A stretch of DNA of 64,000 bases from Anaerolineae bacterium (GTDB lineage: Bacteria; Chloroflexota; Anaerolineae; Aggregatilineales; Phototrophicaceae). This document shows, one piece after another, positions 18,950 through 28,138 of the stretch; positions within the stretch are counted from its first letter, which is position 1; every line of letters begins with the position of its first letter. The notes below the pieces were generated by a model. That model was not told the DNA's origin. It saw only the letters and a program-made list of their open reading frames with translations, and made no database searches. The position numbers were made by a program, and so were the translations under genes. Where the stretch lies: the NCBI GenBank assembly GCA_022824365.1, contig JAJEAA010000031.1:57104-121103 (forward strand), in the 5' to 3' direction.

Positions 18950-19867
18950 TTGACCATGCGCGACGAGCATAAGGGACTTGGCCCGAGCCCAAAATCTCTT
19001 GATGGAGAAGTCGAAGGCGGCGGGTTTTTCCAATCGCGTTTCTGGCGGCGTTACCGGCGTCATCGGCTGGCGCTGCTGGGCGCGGCGGCTTTGCTCATTT
19101 TGGTCGGCATCGCCGTTTTTGCGCCTTTGATCACGAGTCATGATCCGCTGCGCGTCAACATGCGCGATACCAAAGAGCCGCCGAATGAAGTTTATGTGCT
19201 AGGCACAGACAAAGCCGGGCGCGATATGTGGGCGCGCTTGGCCTACGCCAGCCGGATTTCGCTGTCGGTCGGAGTTGTATCGGTATCGATTTACATCGTC
19301 ATCGGCACCATATTGGGCGCCATCGCCGGCTATTACGGAGGCTTTACCGATTCGCTGATCATGCGTTTCACAGACACGGTGATGAGTTTTCCCGGCTTGA
19401 TCATCATCATCACCGTGGTGTCTTTTGTGGGGCCGAGCATCTACAACGCCATGCTCGTCATCGGCTTGTTGGGCTGGCCCGGGACTTGCCGCTTGGTTCG
19501 CGGACAAGTGTTGCAATTAAGGGAGATGGAGTTCATAGAAGCAGCGCGCAGCATGGGCACGCCGGCGCCGCGGATTATCTTGCGCCATATTCTGCCGAAT
19601 GTGGTTCCCTATCTGATTGTTGTGGCGACCTTGGGCACAGCCAGCGCGATTCTGATTGAAGCGGGCTTGAGCTTCCTCGGGCTGGGGGTACAGCCGCCAA
19701 CGCCGAGTTGGGGCAATATGCTCAACAGCGCGCGGCAGCTAACCTTGCTGGAGCAGTTTCCGCATTTGTGGCTGCCGCCTGGTCTTATGATTGCGATTAC
19801 AGTCTTGAGCATCAACTTCATCGGCGATGGCTTGCGCGACGCCTTGGACCCGCGCATGAGCCTTTAG
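18950..19867 (+). CDS. ABC transporter permease, DppC/OppC-like
   Basis: 305 aa with OppC-type N-terminal segment, EAA-loop region (AARSMGTPAPRIILRHILPN) and C-terminal GDGLRDALDPR. Confidence 0.9.
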   Translation: MTMRDEHKGLGPSPKSLDGEVEGGGFFQSRFWRRYRRHRLALLGAAALLILVGIAVFAPLITSHDPLRVNMRDTKEPPNEVYVLGTDKAGRDMWARLAYASRISLSVGVVSVSIYIVIGTILGAIAGYYGGFTDSLIMRFTDTVMSFPGLIIIITVVSFVGPSIYNAMLVIGLLGWPGTCRLVRGQVLQLREMEFIEAARSMGTPAPRIILRHILPNVVPYLIVVATLGTASAILIEAGLSFLGLGVQPPTPSWGNMLNSARQLTLLEQFPHLWLPPGLMIAITVLSINFIGDGLRDALDPRMSL

Positions 19868-19896
19868 GCAAACTTAGCCAATACGAAGGACAGAAG

Positions 19897-20988
19897 ATGA
19901 TGAGCATTCCCTTGATTGACCTGGCGGATGAAAGCGAGCGGCAGGTTTTGGTGGATCGACGCCCGGAACAATATCTCGGGCATGTCACCACTGTGCTGCT
20001 CGAAGACAACCGAACGATGTACGCCACCTACCCTATCGGCCATGGCAAGGGGCAGATTCTCTTGAAACGCAGCGATGACGGCGGGCTAACCTGGAGCGAG
20101 CGCTTGCCGGTACCGGACAATTGGTCAACCTCAAAGGAAGTGCCCACCATCCACCGGGTGGTGGATATGCAGGGTGTGAAGCGCTTAATCCTGTTTTCCG
20201 GCTTGTATCCGATCCGGATGGCGGTCTCCGAAGATGACGGAGCGACTTGGTCCCCGCTTGAGGCAATTGGCGATTTTGGCGGGGTGGTGACGATGTCTTG
20301 CCTGGACCGGCTCAAAAACGGCGATTACATGGCGCTATTTCACGATGACGGCCGCTTCCTGCGGAACAAAGGCCTCACCGAGCGCCCTTTTAAGGTCTAC
20401 AAGACAATCTCCAGCGACGGCGGTCTTAGCTGGAGCCAGCCGGAAGCGATCGCGCAACATGAGGAGGCTGACCTCTGCGAGCCGGGTTGGATACGCTCGC
20501 CCGATGACGATCGCATCGCTGTGCTCTTGCGCGAAAACAGCCGGCGGTTCAATTCCTTTGTGATCTTCTCCGATGACGAAGGCAAAAGCTGGACGGAACC
20601 GGCCGAACTGCCGGCGACGCTGACAGGCGACCGGCACATCGGCAAATACGCGCCGGACGGCCGTCTCTTCATCACCTTCCGCGATGAAGCGAAGAGCAGC
20701 CCTTGGATGGCGGATTGGGTGGCTTGGGTCGGGACTTTCGACGACATCGTAAACGGCTGTGAGGGGCAGTACAAAATTCGGCTTATGCGCAATCACGGAC
20801 GCAATCAGCGCGGCGACTTCATCTTCGGCGACTGCGCTTATCCCGGGTTGGAAGCGCTGCCGGACGGGACCTTTGTGACGACGACTTATGGGCATTGGAC
20901 GCTGAACGAGCCGCCTTACATCATGAGCGTGCGGCTGACGCTGGCGGAGATGGACGCCAAGCGAAACGACGCGGCGGGAGCACATTGA
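19897..20988 (+). CDS. BNR/Asp-box repeat glycosidase (sialidase-like)
   Basis: 363 aa from ATG 19897 (GAAGGA upstream). Four Asp-boxes: SDDGGLTWS, SEDDGATWS, SSDGGLSWS, SDDEGKSWT. The listed upstream extension overlaps the permease gene. Confidence 0.75.
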   Translation: MMSIPLIDLADESERQVLVDRRPEQYLGHVTTVLLEDNRTMYATYPIGHGKGQILLKRSDDGGLTWSERLPVPDNWSTSKEVPTIHRVVDMQGVKRLILFSGLYPIRMAVSEDDGATWSPLEAIGDFGGVVTMSCLDRLKNGDYMALFHDDGRFLRNKGLTERPFKVYKTISSDGGLSWSQPEAIAQHEEADLCEPGWIRSPDDDRIAVLLRENSRRFNSFVIFSDDEGKSWTEPAELPATLTGDRHIGKYAPDGRLFITFRDEAKSSPWMADWVAWVGTFDDIVNGCEGQYKIRLMRNHGRNQRGDFIFGDCAYPGLEALPDGTFVTTTYGHWTLNEPPYIMSVRLTLAEMDAKRNDAAGAH

Positions 20989-20991
20989 ATT

Positions 20992-22224
20992 ATGTCCCAG
21001 CCCCAAAACGACGCTGATTTCTCTTTGCAGCCGGTCTTCGTCAACGGCCGCGAAGGCTACGCCTGCTACCGTATTCCCAGCATCATTCGCCTGGGCAATG
21101 GGGATTTGCTGGCGGTGGCGGAGGGGCGCCTGGCGAATTGCGGCGATCATAACGGCATCATCCGCGTCGTCGGCAAAATCAGCCAGGACAGAGGGAGGAC
21201 TTGGGGCGGTGTTTTCACCATTGCGCGCAACATCTTGCCCGACGGCACAGAGCATGTGGCGCAGAATCCATCGCCGGTCCTGGACATGATGGATGCCGAC
21301 AATCCCCAAGGGCGAGCCATCATCATCTACAACAAGACGGAATTCGGCGAACAATTCATCACCGGCGGCAGCGGCGTGCGGCGCGCCTGCGCCATCGAGA
21401 GCTTCGACCACGGACGAAGCTGGCTGAATGAGACGGATATCACCGCGCAAGTGCATAAACCGCTGAAGCCAAACTATACCGCGGTTTACGCCGATGCGGC
21501 CGAGCGCTACAACCACCCGGAAGACTGGCGCATGAACTTCCCGGCGACCGGGCACGGCATCCAGTTGCGCGGGGGCCTGCGCAACAGCCCGGCGACGCGC
21601 GGACGCTTATTCTATTGCGCTAAATTGACCAAAGGGGACCGGTCAGTCCGCCACGGGCAAAATTATGCCTATTGGAGCGAGGACCATGGGCGGAGCTGGA
21701 CTATTGGCGGAGTCAGCGCTGTCCTCGGCAGCAGCGAGGCGATGGCGGTCGAGCTGGAATCGGGCGATATCATGGTGAACTTCAGGAACAATACGGGACC
21801 AGATGGCGCCCCTGTCAATTTCCGCGGGGTGATGATCCATCAGTTCGACGAAGACGGCAATATCTTGATGGCGGCAACTCATAGAGATGACGAAGGGCTG
21901 CCCGACCCCATCGTGCAAGGCAGTATCCAGCGCTATACCTGGAGCGACGAAGCTGAATACGGGAACAAGAGCCGCATCCTTTTTTCCAATCCAGCCAGCC
22001 AAAGGGCGCGGGAAAAGATGACCGTGCGCTTAAGCTATGACGAAGGGCGGACTTGGCCGGTGGCGAAGTTGGTTGACAGCGGCCCGTCGGCTTATGGCGA
22101 CTTGACCGTGCTGGACGATATGCGCATCGGTTTGCTTTATGAGCAGGGGAACAGTGGCGGCATCGTTTTCGCGCGCTTTACCTTGGATTGGTTGAGCGCC
22201 GGGAAAGATTCGCTGAGCGGATAA
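20992..22224 (+). CDS. Exo-alpha-sialidase (GH33-like)
   Basis: 410 aa. Sialidase RIP motif (YRIPSI). Asp-boxes SQDRGRTWG, SFDHGRSWL, SEDHGRSWT, SYDEGRTWP. Confidence 0.85.
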   Translation: MSQPQNDADFSLQPVFVNGREGYACYRIPSIIRLGNGDLLAVAEGRLANCGDHNGIIRVVGKISQDRGRTWGGVFTIARNILPDGTEHVAQNPSPVLDMMDADNPQGRAIIIYNKTEFGEQFITGGSGVRRACAIESFDHGRSWLNETDITAQVHKPLKPNYTAVYADAAERYNHPEDWRMNFPATGHGIQLRGGLRNSPATRGRLFYCAKLTKGDRSVRHGQNYAYWSEDHGRSWTIGGVSAVLGSSEAMAVELESGDIMVNFRNNTGPDGAPVNFRGVMIHQFDEDGNILMAATHRDDEGLPDPIVQGSIQRYTWSDEAEYGNKSRILFSNPASQRAREKMTVRLSYDEGRTWPVAKLVDSGPSAYGDLTVLDDMRIGLLYEQGNSGGIVFARFTLDWLSAGKDSLSG

Positions 22225-22297
22225 GGCGGCGGGGAGCCATTCATAAAGCGGCTCTTCGTGGCGCCCCCTTCCATGCAACGGCGGGCGCATGATTGTC

Positions 22298-24160
22298 CTA
22301 ATAATAATTCTCGCGCCCTTTGTTCGCCTCATAATCGACGCGGGCCGCTTGCACCGCCTCCATCTCCGAGACTTCCGCCACCGGCACATCCCACCAGGAG
22401 CCGTAACCCGGGACGCGCTGCCGCCGGTCAACCTCGGTCACGATGCAGACGGGACCGCCCTGATGCGCTTTCGCCTCTTCCATAGCGCGGGAGAATTCCT
22501 CGCGGTCGCGCGCGCGGATGACATGAGCGCCCAGGCTCTCGCAATTCTTGGCGAAATCAATCGGCAGGGTCTCGCCATCAAGCTGCCCCGAGTCGCTGCG
22601 ATAGCGATACTTGGTGCCGAAGCCATCACTGCCGACGCTCTTCGACAGCGCCCCGATACTGGCGAAACCATGATTATCGACCACGATGATATTCACCTTG
22701 ATGCCCTCTTGCACCATCGTCACGATCTCGGTGTGCATCATCAGGAAAGAACCATCGCCCACCATCACCCAGACCTCGCGCTCCGGCTCAGCCAGCTTGA
22801 CGCCCAAGCCGCCGGCGATCTCGTAACCCATGGTCGAATAACCATATTCGAGGTGATAGCCCTTGCGGTTCCGCGTGCGCCAAAGCTTGTGCAAGTCGCC
22901 GGGCATGCTGCCGGCCGCGCAGAGCACCGTGTCCCCCGCGCCCGATAACGTATTGACCATGCCAATGACCTCGCCCTGGCTCAACATCGGCTCGTGCTCA
23001 AGATTATAAATGCGATGCACCTCGGCATCCCAAGCCCGGTTGCAAGCCTGGACGCGCGCGCGATAATCATCGGCGACGGCGTAATCCGAAAGCGCCGCCG
23101 ACAACTCCTCCAGCGTGACGCGGGCATCGCCGATCAAAGGCAAGGCGCTGTTCTTGTAAGCATCGAACTCGGCGACGTTGATATTGATGAAGCGGGCGCC
23201 TTCACGAGCGAAGGCGGTGTTGGAGGCGCTGGTGAAATCGCTGTAGCGCGTGCCGATGCCGATGACGAGGTCGGCTTCGCTCATCAGCGCGATGGCGCCT
23301 TCCGTGCCGGTCACGCCGGCCGCGCCCAGGTTGACCGGATTGTCATACAGCAGCGCGCCCTTGCCCGCCTGCGTCTCCGTCACCGGAATGCCCGTCCGCG
23401 CCGTGAAAGCTTCCAGCGCATCGTGCGCATCGCTGTAATGGATGCCGCCGCCAGCCACGATGATGGGCTGCTCGCTCTCGCGGATCCACCCCGCCGCCCG
23501 CTGAACCGCCGCGACATCCGGGCGATTGCGCGGGATCTGCCAGACCCGCTTCTCGAACATGTCAGCCGGATAATCGTAAGCGTAGGCTTGTATGTCCTGC
23601 GGCAAGCTGAGCGTGACCGCGCCGGTATCGGCCGGCGATGTCAGCACGCGCATCGCTTCCGGCAAAGCCGTGATGATCTGTTCGGGCCGATTGATGCGAT
23701 CCCAATAACGCGAGACCGGCTTGAAGCAATCGTTGACGCTGAAATCCTGACTGTGCTCGCTTTCCACCTGCTGCAAGACGGGCGCCTGAATACGCTCGGC
23801 GAAGATATCGCCGGGCAAGATGAGGACGGGGATGCGATTGACCGTCGCCACCGCCGCGCCAGTGATCATGTTGGATGCGCCCGGACCAATCGACGAAGCG
23901 CAAGCGAAAGCCGCCAGCCGGTTGCGATGCTTGGCATAAGCCACCGCAGTCAGCACCTGCGCCTGCTCGTTGCGGCACTGATAATAGCGCAAATCGGGCG
24001 CGTATTGCTCCAGCGCCTGCCCGACGCCGGCGACATTGCCGTGGCCGAAGATGCCCCACATGCCGGCGAAGAAGCGGTTCTCGACGCCATCGCGGGCGAC
24101 ATACTGCGCGGCGAGGTATTTGACCAGCGCTTGGGACATGGTGAGGCGGGTGGTGGTCAT
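22298..24160 (-). CDS. iolD: 3D-(3,5/4)-trihydroxycyclohexane-1,2-dione acylhydrolase (TPP enzyme)
   Basis: 620 aa from ATG 24160 (MTTTRLTMSQALVKYL). TPP motif VMVGDGSFLMM. Sits in the operon with iolB, iolC and iolG. AAGGA lies 8-12 nt upstream. Confidence 0.9.
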   Translation of the reverse strand: MTTTRLTMSQALVKYLAAQYVARDGVENRFFAGMWGIFGHGNVAGVGQALEQYAPDLRYYQCRNEQAQVLTAVAYAKHRNRLAAFACASSIGPGASNMITGAAVATVNRIPVLILPGDIFAERIQAPVLQQVESEHSQDFSVNDCFKPVSRYWDRINRPEQIITALPEAMRVLTSPADTGAVTLSLPQDIQAYAYDYPADMFEKRVWQIPRNRPDVAAVQRAAGWIRESEQPIIVAGGGIHYSDAHDALEAFTARTGIPVTETQAGKGALLYDNPVNLGAAGVTGTEGAIALMSEADLVIGIGTRYSDFTSASNTAFAREGARFININVAEFDAYKNSALPLIGDARVTLEELSAALSDYAVADDYRARVQACNRAWDAEVHRIYNLEHEPMLSQGEVIGMVNTLSGAGDTVLCAAGSMPGDLHKLWRTRNRKGYHLEYGYSTMGYEIAGGLGVKLAEPEREVWVMVGDGSFLMMHTEIVTMVQEGIKVNIIVVDNHGFASIGALSKSVGSDGFGTKYRYRSDSGQLDGETLPIDFAKNCESLGAHVIRARDREEFSRAMEEAKAHQGGPVCIVTEVDRRQRVPGYGSWWDVPVAEVSEMEAVQAARVDYEANKGRENYY

Positions 24161-24174
24161 GGGGCAGTGTCCTT

Positions 24175-25119
24175 TCAAATCTCGGCTCTAAGTATTCTAT
24201 AAGGTTCGTTAGCGCATTCCCAATTCTTGATGTTTTCGCGAAGCGATGTCTTAATAAAATACTCTTCTTTATACTTATTTCTCAACTTCCGTTCGAGCTT
24301 CAAACGGTCACAAAGTTCCTTGAATCTTGATGGCAAACTTTGTCCAAACACTGATTTGAACATAATCGGCATCAGGTACGCGATGAGAGCGACGGTGTCA
24401 TGTCCTTGGCAGAGTTGTATGTTCGGCGTCTGATACTTGTCTATTGCTTTGAGTTTGGCGACTCCCGCTAATAGCTCCTCATGTTCTATCCGTTTGTCTA
24501 TCACTCGATTCTTCCCGGCGTTATGGAATTCGGTTAGCCGCATAGCGAAGCGATCCCGACGAATCTGTATCGAGTCAATGTCTTCTGCATCAACGAATTC
24601 ATCATAGGCATAGCGGCGACTTTTCCAAAAGTCCTTAAAATTGATGCCAAAACTCTTACAGTCATTGAGCAACCGAAAGTAGCCGAATTCCATTGCCAAA
24701 CGCTCTGCTTCAGTCGTTACTACCTCTGCAAGCTTCTGTATGTCCGGATCGTCATCAAGGCCAAACTCCTTATTCAAAACATCCGTCAAGGTGGCTGAAT
24801 TCAAGATAATCAGTTCCGCATCCGGATAGCATTCGTCATAAAGCAGGTCTTTCTGGCATAGTTTATCCGATTCCGTAATAAGCCAATAATCTGCATCTAT
24901 AATACCTGCGAAACCAGATACCTTACGTTCCTGTCTAGACTTAAGACGGGATTTCACCTTTAGCTTGCCACCTACGCGCTCTAGCTTACAGTGGATGCAC
25001 GAAAAAAATCTTCTCCAGAGCACCTCGTCCGCAGGCCCTTCAACAAAAATAGTCGCACGCTTTTGCGTCGACATCCTATGACGATTGGAATGATAATACT
25101 CAGTCTTTCTAATGGTCAT
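24175..25119 (-). CDS. DUF4435/TOPRIM-like protein, AriB-like (PARIS effector-like)
   Basis: 314 aa, AT-rich codons. IFVEGPAD (Toprim Glu), GIIDADY (DxD), YPDAELIILNSATL are typical of DUF4435. ATGA overlap with the upstream ATPase gene. Confidence 0.75.
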   Translation of the reverse strand: MTIRKTEYYHSNRHRMSTQKRATIFVEGPADEVLWRRFFSCIHCKLERVGGKLKVKSRLKSRQERKVSGFAGIIDADYWLITESDKLCQKDLLYDECYPDAELIILNSATLTDVLNKEFGLDDDPDIQKLAEVVTTEAERLAMEFGYFRLLNDCKSFGINFKDFWKSRRYAYDEFVDAEDIDSIQIRRDRFAMRLTEFHNAGKNRVIDKRIEHEELLAGVAKLKAIDKYQTPNIQLCQGHDTVALIAYLMPIMFKSVFGQSLPSRFKELCDRLKLERKLRNKYKEEYFIKTSLRENIKNWECANEPYRILRAEI

Positions 25120-26387
25120 CCCATGATCTCACTTTCGGGATATCCTAATCCGACCGTCCATTCCCACTTGTCATCAATGAGAGTCGGCGAGTGGGTCGCA
25201 ATGAGTAAGTCAATGTTCCTCAACTCGACTATTCGTTGAATGTCCCTAAGGAAATGTTCCTGCCAGTCAACATGAAGCGACAACTCCGGTTCGTCAATGA
25301 ATATCAAAGAGCCCGGTTGCGCCACAAAGACAAGATGATAGTAAAGAGCAAGCAAGTGTTTTTCACCAGACGACAGTCTATCCTCAGGGATTTCGCCCCC
25401 GTCACGGGCAAACAGTCTGTAATCTTTGCTGTATGCAGCGTCCTCATTGAACTTCAAGGATGCGAATAAAAACCGCCTGTTGACAATTTCTTCAAATAGC
25501 CGCAGTCTGGCATAAGAGTCTTCCGACGCCAACTCTATTGCGAATTCAAGTCTTGCCTCAATAACTGCATTACGATCTTGTATTTGCTGCATCAGCCGAA
25601 AGAATAGACCGTCGAACGGCCCGTATACCAAACGGAGAATGCCTTGAACGATTGACAACGGTAACGCAAAAGGTAGTACAAGGATGAACATAATCGCGAC
25701 TTCTATTCTTTCCCGTGAATTGGCATTTTTGAGATTCCTTAAGAACAGTTGGATATCTTTATTTTCACTTTGGAAAAAGCCGATAGTGAATACCTGTTTT
25801 GTTATCCCCTTCCAAAGATCAGCCTCCCTTGGGGCTGTATCGCTCTGCAATCGTCTTGTCCCATAAAACTCTGTGCTAATTGCGTGGCTTATTTCACTAA
25901 ACCATGGTGGGATCTCGCCATGAATTCTCTTATGCAATTCAGGGAAATCATTCAGAACCTCCTCTCTGCTAAGATAAACGCTCAATCGTCTTAGGCTAAT
26001 CCAAGCTGGCTCTTCGGTGAATTTACGCCTAAGAAGGTCAAGTGGTCGAAGTGAATCTACTACTTCGTCGAAATTATCTTCCGGTACATATGGCGCGAAC
26101 TCCGCAATAGTCCCATTGTCACGTTCAATTGATAAATAATCATCTCCATCGCCAAATTGAACGGTAATACAATCTTCTCCCTCCAGTTCAACTCGAAATT
26201 GCTCGAAATGCATAGTCGTGAATGGCTCATAATCATGGTTGAACAACCCATGCACCATCCTCAACAACACAGTCTTCCCCACCCCATTCGGACCATGAAT
26301 AATCGTAATCCGAGACTCCTGATTCAACGGAATCTCGTGATCGAACATCCCAAACAAGCCCTTCACGGAGATCTTCGTAATCCGCAC
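25116..26387 (-). CDS. ABC/SMC-type ATPase, AriA-like (PARIS sensor-like)
   Basis: 423 aa, GTG start. Walker A GPNGVGKT, signature LSSGEK, Walker B LIFIDEPELSLH, H-loop ATHSP. AT-rich relative to flanks. Confidence 0.75.
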   Translation of the reverse strand: MRITKISVKGLFGMFDHEIPLNQESRITIIHGPNGVGKTVLLRMVHGLFNHDYEPFTTMHFEQFRVELEGEDCITVQFGDGDDYLSIERDNGTIAEFAPYVPEDNFDEVVDSLRPLDLLRRKFTEEPAWISLRRLSVYLSREEVLNDFPELHKRIHGEIPPWFSEISHAISTEFYGTRRLQSDTAPREADLWKGITKQVFTIGFFQSENKDIQLFLRNLKNANSRERIEVAIMFILVLPFALPLSIVQGILRLVYGPFDGLFFRLMQQIQDRNAVIEARLEFAIELASEDSYARLRLFEEIVNRRFLFASLKFNEDAAYSKDYRLFARDGGEIPEDRLSSGEKHLLALYYHLVFVAQPGSLIFIDEPELSLHVDWQEHFLRDIQRIVELRNIDLLIATHSPTLIDDKWEWTVGLGYPESEIMG

Positions 26388-26415
26388 TTCTTAGCCCTTT
26401 CCTCTTGCATTGAAG

Positions 26416-26454
26416 CCCCTCTCCCCTTGTGGGAGAGGGGTTTGGGGTGAGGGG
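26416..26454 (+). repeat. REP-A hairpin element
   Basis: cccctctccc / gggagagggg stem plus tail tttggggtgagggg. Abuts the iolB stop codon and the AT-rich island boundary. Confidence 0.8.
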
Positions 26455-27336
26455 TTACCCCTCCATCCCATGATGCACAATCGGCAACCGCGGATCCAGG
26501 TACGTCCACGTCCCCTTCACCCACGCATACGCCGGATCATCGCTGTTCGCCAACGACTGCGCGCTGCCCGCCAAAAAATTCAAATAGTAGGTCGTATACC
26601 CGTGCGCGCTGACCACCGGATGATAACCCTCCGGCACAAGCACCGTATCGTGATTCTCCGCCATCATCACGCCGTCAATGCTGCGGTCGTCATTGTAAAC
26701 GCGCTGATAAGCGTAACCGCCCGGATGATCGATCTTGTAGAAGTAGATCTCTTCCAGGTCGGCTTCCAGCAAGTTGCCCGCCTCGTCTTCTTTGTGTACA
26801 TCATGCTTGTGCGGCGGATAACTCGACCAGTTGCCCGAGGGCGTATAAACCTCGACCGCCACGATGCGATGGCAGTTGAAACCGGGCGGCAAAATCCCGT
26901 TGATCTGCCGCGAAGCATTGCCGCCGCCGCGCAGTTCAATCTCGCTCATATCGGGACTCACCAGTTGCGTCGGAAAATCCTGATCGGTCGGGACCCAGCA
27001 AGAGGCGAATTCCAGCCTGTCGCTTGTCGCCCTGATTGTGAATCGCTTGCGCCGCGACATATACAGCGCCCAGGGCATGCCGCTGAAAACATCGGGCCGC
27101 CGCCCCACATTCACGAACTCGCCGTCCGATGTGACGATATCGCAAGTCCCGCCCAGGATGACGGTAGCGTTTTCGTGCTCGCGCGTCTCGACGCTGAAGC
27201 TCTCGCCCCGGCTCAGGCGCATCGCCGCCATGTTGAGATAATCCCAACCCGCTTGCCCGGCGCTGACCTCGGCGAAGATGCCCGAATCGCCGCTGTCCTT
27301 CGATTTAATCAGCATCGTCTCTGATGTGTATTGCAT
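26455..27336 (-). CDS. iolB: 5-deoxy-glucuronate isomerase
   Basis: 293 aa cupin-type IolB-like sequence (GWDYLNMAAMRL, VILGGTCD, PPHKHD) in iol operon context. Confidence 0.85.
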   Translation of the reverse strand: MQYTSETMLIKSKDSGDSGIFAEVSAGQAGWDYLNMAAMRLSRGESFSVETREHENATVILGGTCDIVTSDGEFVNVGRRPDVFSGMPWALYMSRRKRFTIRATSDRLEFASCWVPTDQDFPTQLVSPDMSEIELRGGGNASRQINGILPPGFNCHRIVAVEVYTPSGNWSSYPPHKHDVHKEDEAGNLLEADLEEIYFYKIDHPGGYAYQRVYNDDRSIDGVMMAENHDTVLVPEGYHPVVSAHGYTTYYLNFLAGSAQSLANSDDPAYAWVKGTWTYLDPRLPIVHHGMEG

Positions 27337-27370
27337 ACGTTATACCTCCAAGACAAGTTCAAGATAATCT

Positions 27371-27573
27371 AACCACAGAGGGCACAGAAGTAGAATCAAC
27401 AAAGTAATGAGAAAATATTGCAAGGTAAAGAGATTGGCAAAAACCGTAATCATTGTAGCTTACGACATCCACTACATTTCATTTGTCGCATGACTAACTT
27501 GGTTTTACTGAGAGCGCAAAGGGTTGATAGAAATAGTTTCTTTTCTCTGTGTCCTCTGTGATCTCTGTGGTTC
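27371..27573. mobile_element. MITE-like AT-rich element bounded by CACAGAG-type inverted repeats
   Basis: Left end aaccacagagggcacagaag (27371-27390). Right end, reverse-complemented, reads gaaccacagagatcacagagg (27553-27573). The first 10 nt are identical and the cacaga core is shared. About 160 nt of AT-rich non-coding sequence lies between them. Confidence 0.5.
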
Positions 27574-27580
27574 AAAAAAA

Positions 27581-28093
27581 TCATGCGCCAAGCCGCTCGA
27601 CATAAGCCCGCAGGTCATCCACATGATCAGCATAATGCGCGAAGGTATTGCCCACCAGAAAATAAAGCAGCGGCATCCCGCGAATATCGCAGACCTCGGC
27701 GTCATTGATTTCCTCATCGCTGAGGCGGTTAATCAGCGCTTCCAGCGGCGGAAAGCTGACCTCGAACATCTCGAGCACGGTATTCAGCGGCAGGTCGCGA
27801 TTGTCCGCGAAGACGCGGGCGTTGATCTCATCCGGCGTCTCCGTCCGCGCCAGCAGCTCGCCGGTCAAAGCCCGCGAGACCCAGTTGGTCGCCGTTTGCT
27901 CCCACCAGGTGATATGCGCGATGATGTCCTTGACCGACCACTCCGGATGCGGTCCCGGCCGGCGCGTCAACTCCTCGTTGTCCAAACCCAGCCAGAGCGC
28001 TTCCAACTCGGCCCGTTCCCGCCGCGCCCGCTCCAGCAGGTCATCGCCGCTCATATACGTGATCCAGCCCTCTTCGTTCGTCTCAGTAACCAT
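27581..28093 (-). CDS. DinB/ClbS-like four-helix-bundle protein
   Basis: 170 aa from ATG 28093. WSVKDIIAHITWWE and FAHYADHVDDL His-containing helices are typical of DinB_2/ClbS-like proteins. The upstream extension of the listed ORF is REP sequence. Confidence 0.6.
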   Translation of the reverse strand: MVTETNEEGWITYMSGDDLLERARRERAELEALWLGLDNEELTRRPGPHPEWSVKDIIAHITWWEQTATNWVSRALTGELLARTETPDEINARVFADNRDLPLNTVLEMFEVSFPPLEALINRLSDEEINDAEVCDIRGMPLLYFLVGNTFAHYADHVDDLRAYVERLGA

Positions 28094-28138
28094 AGCTATT
28101 TCCTTCCAGTATCTCCAAACCCCACGCGCATGGCGACT

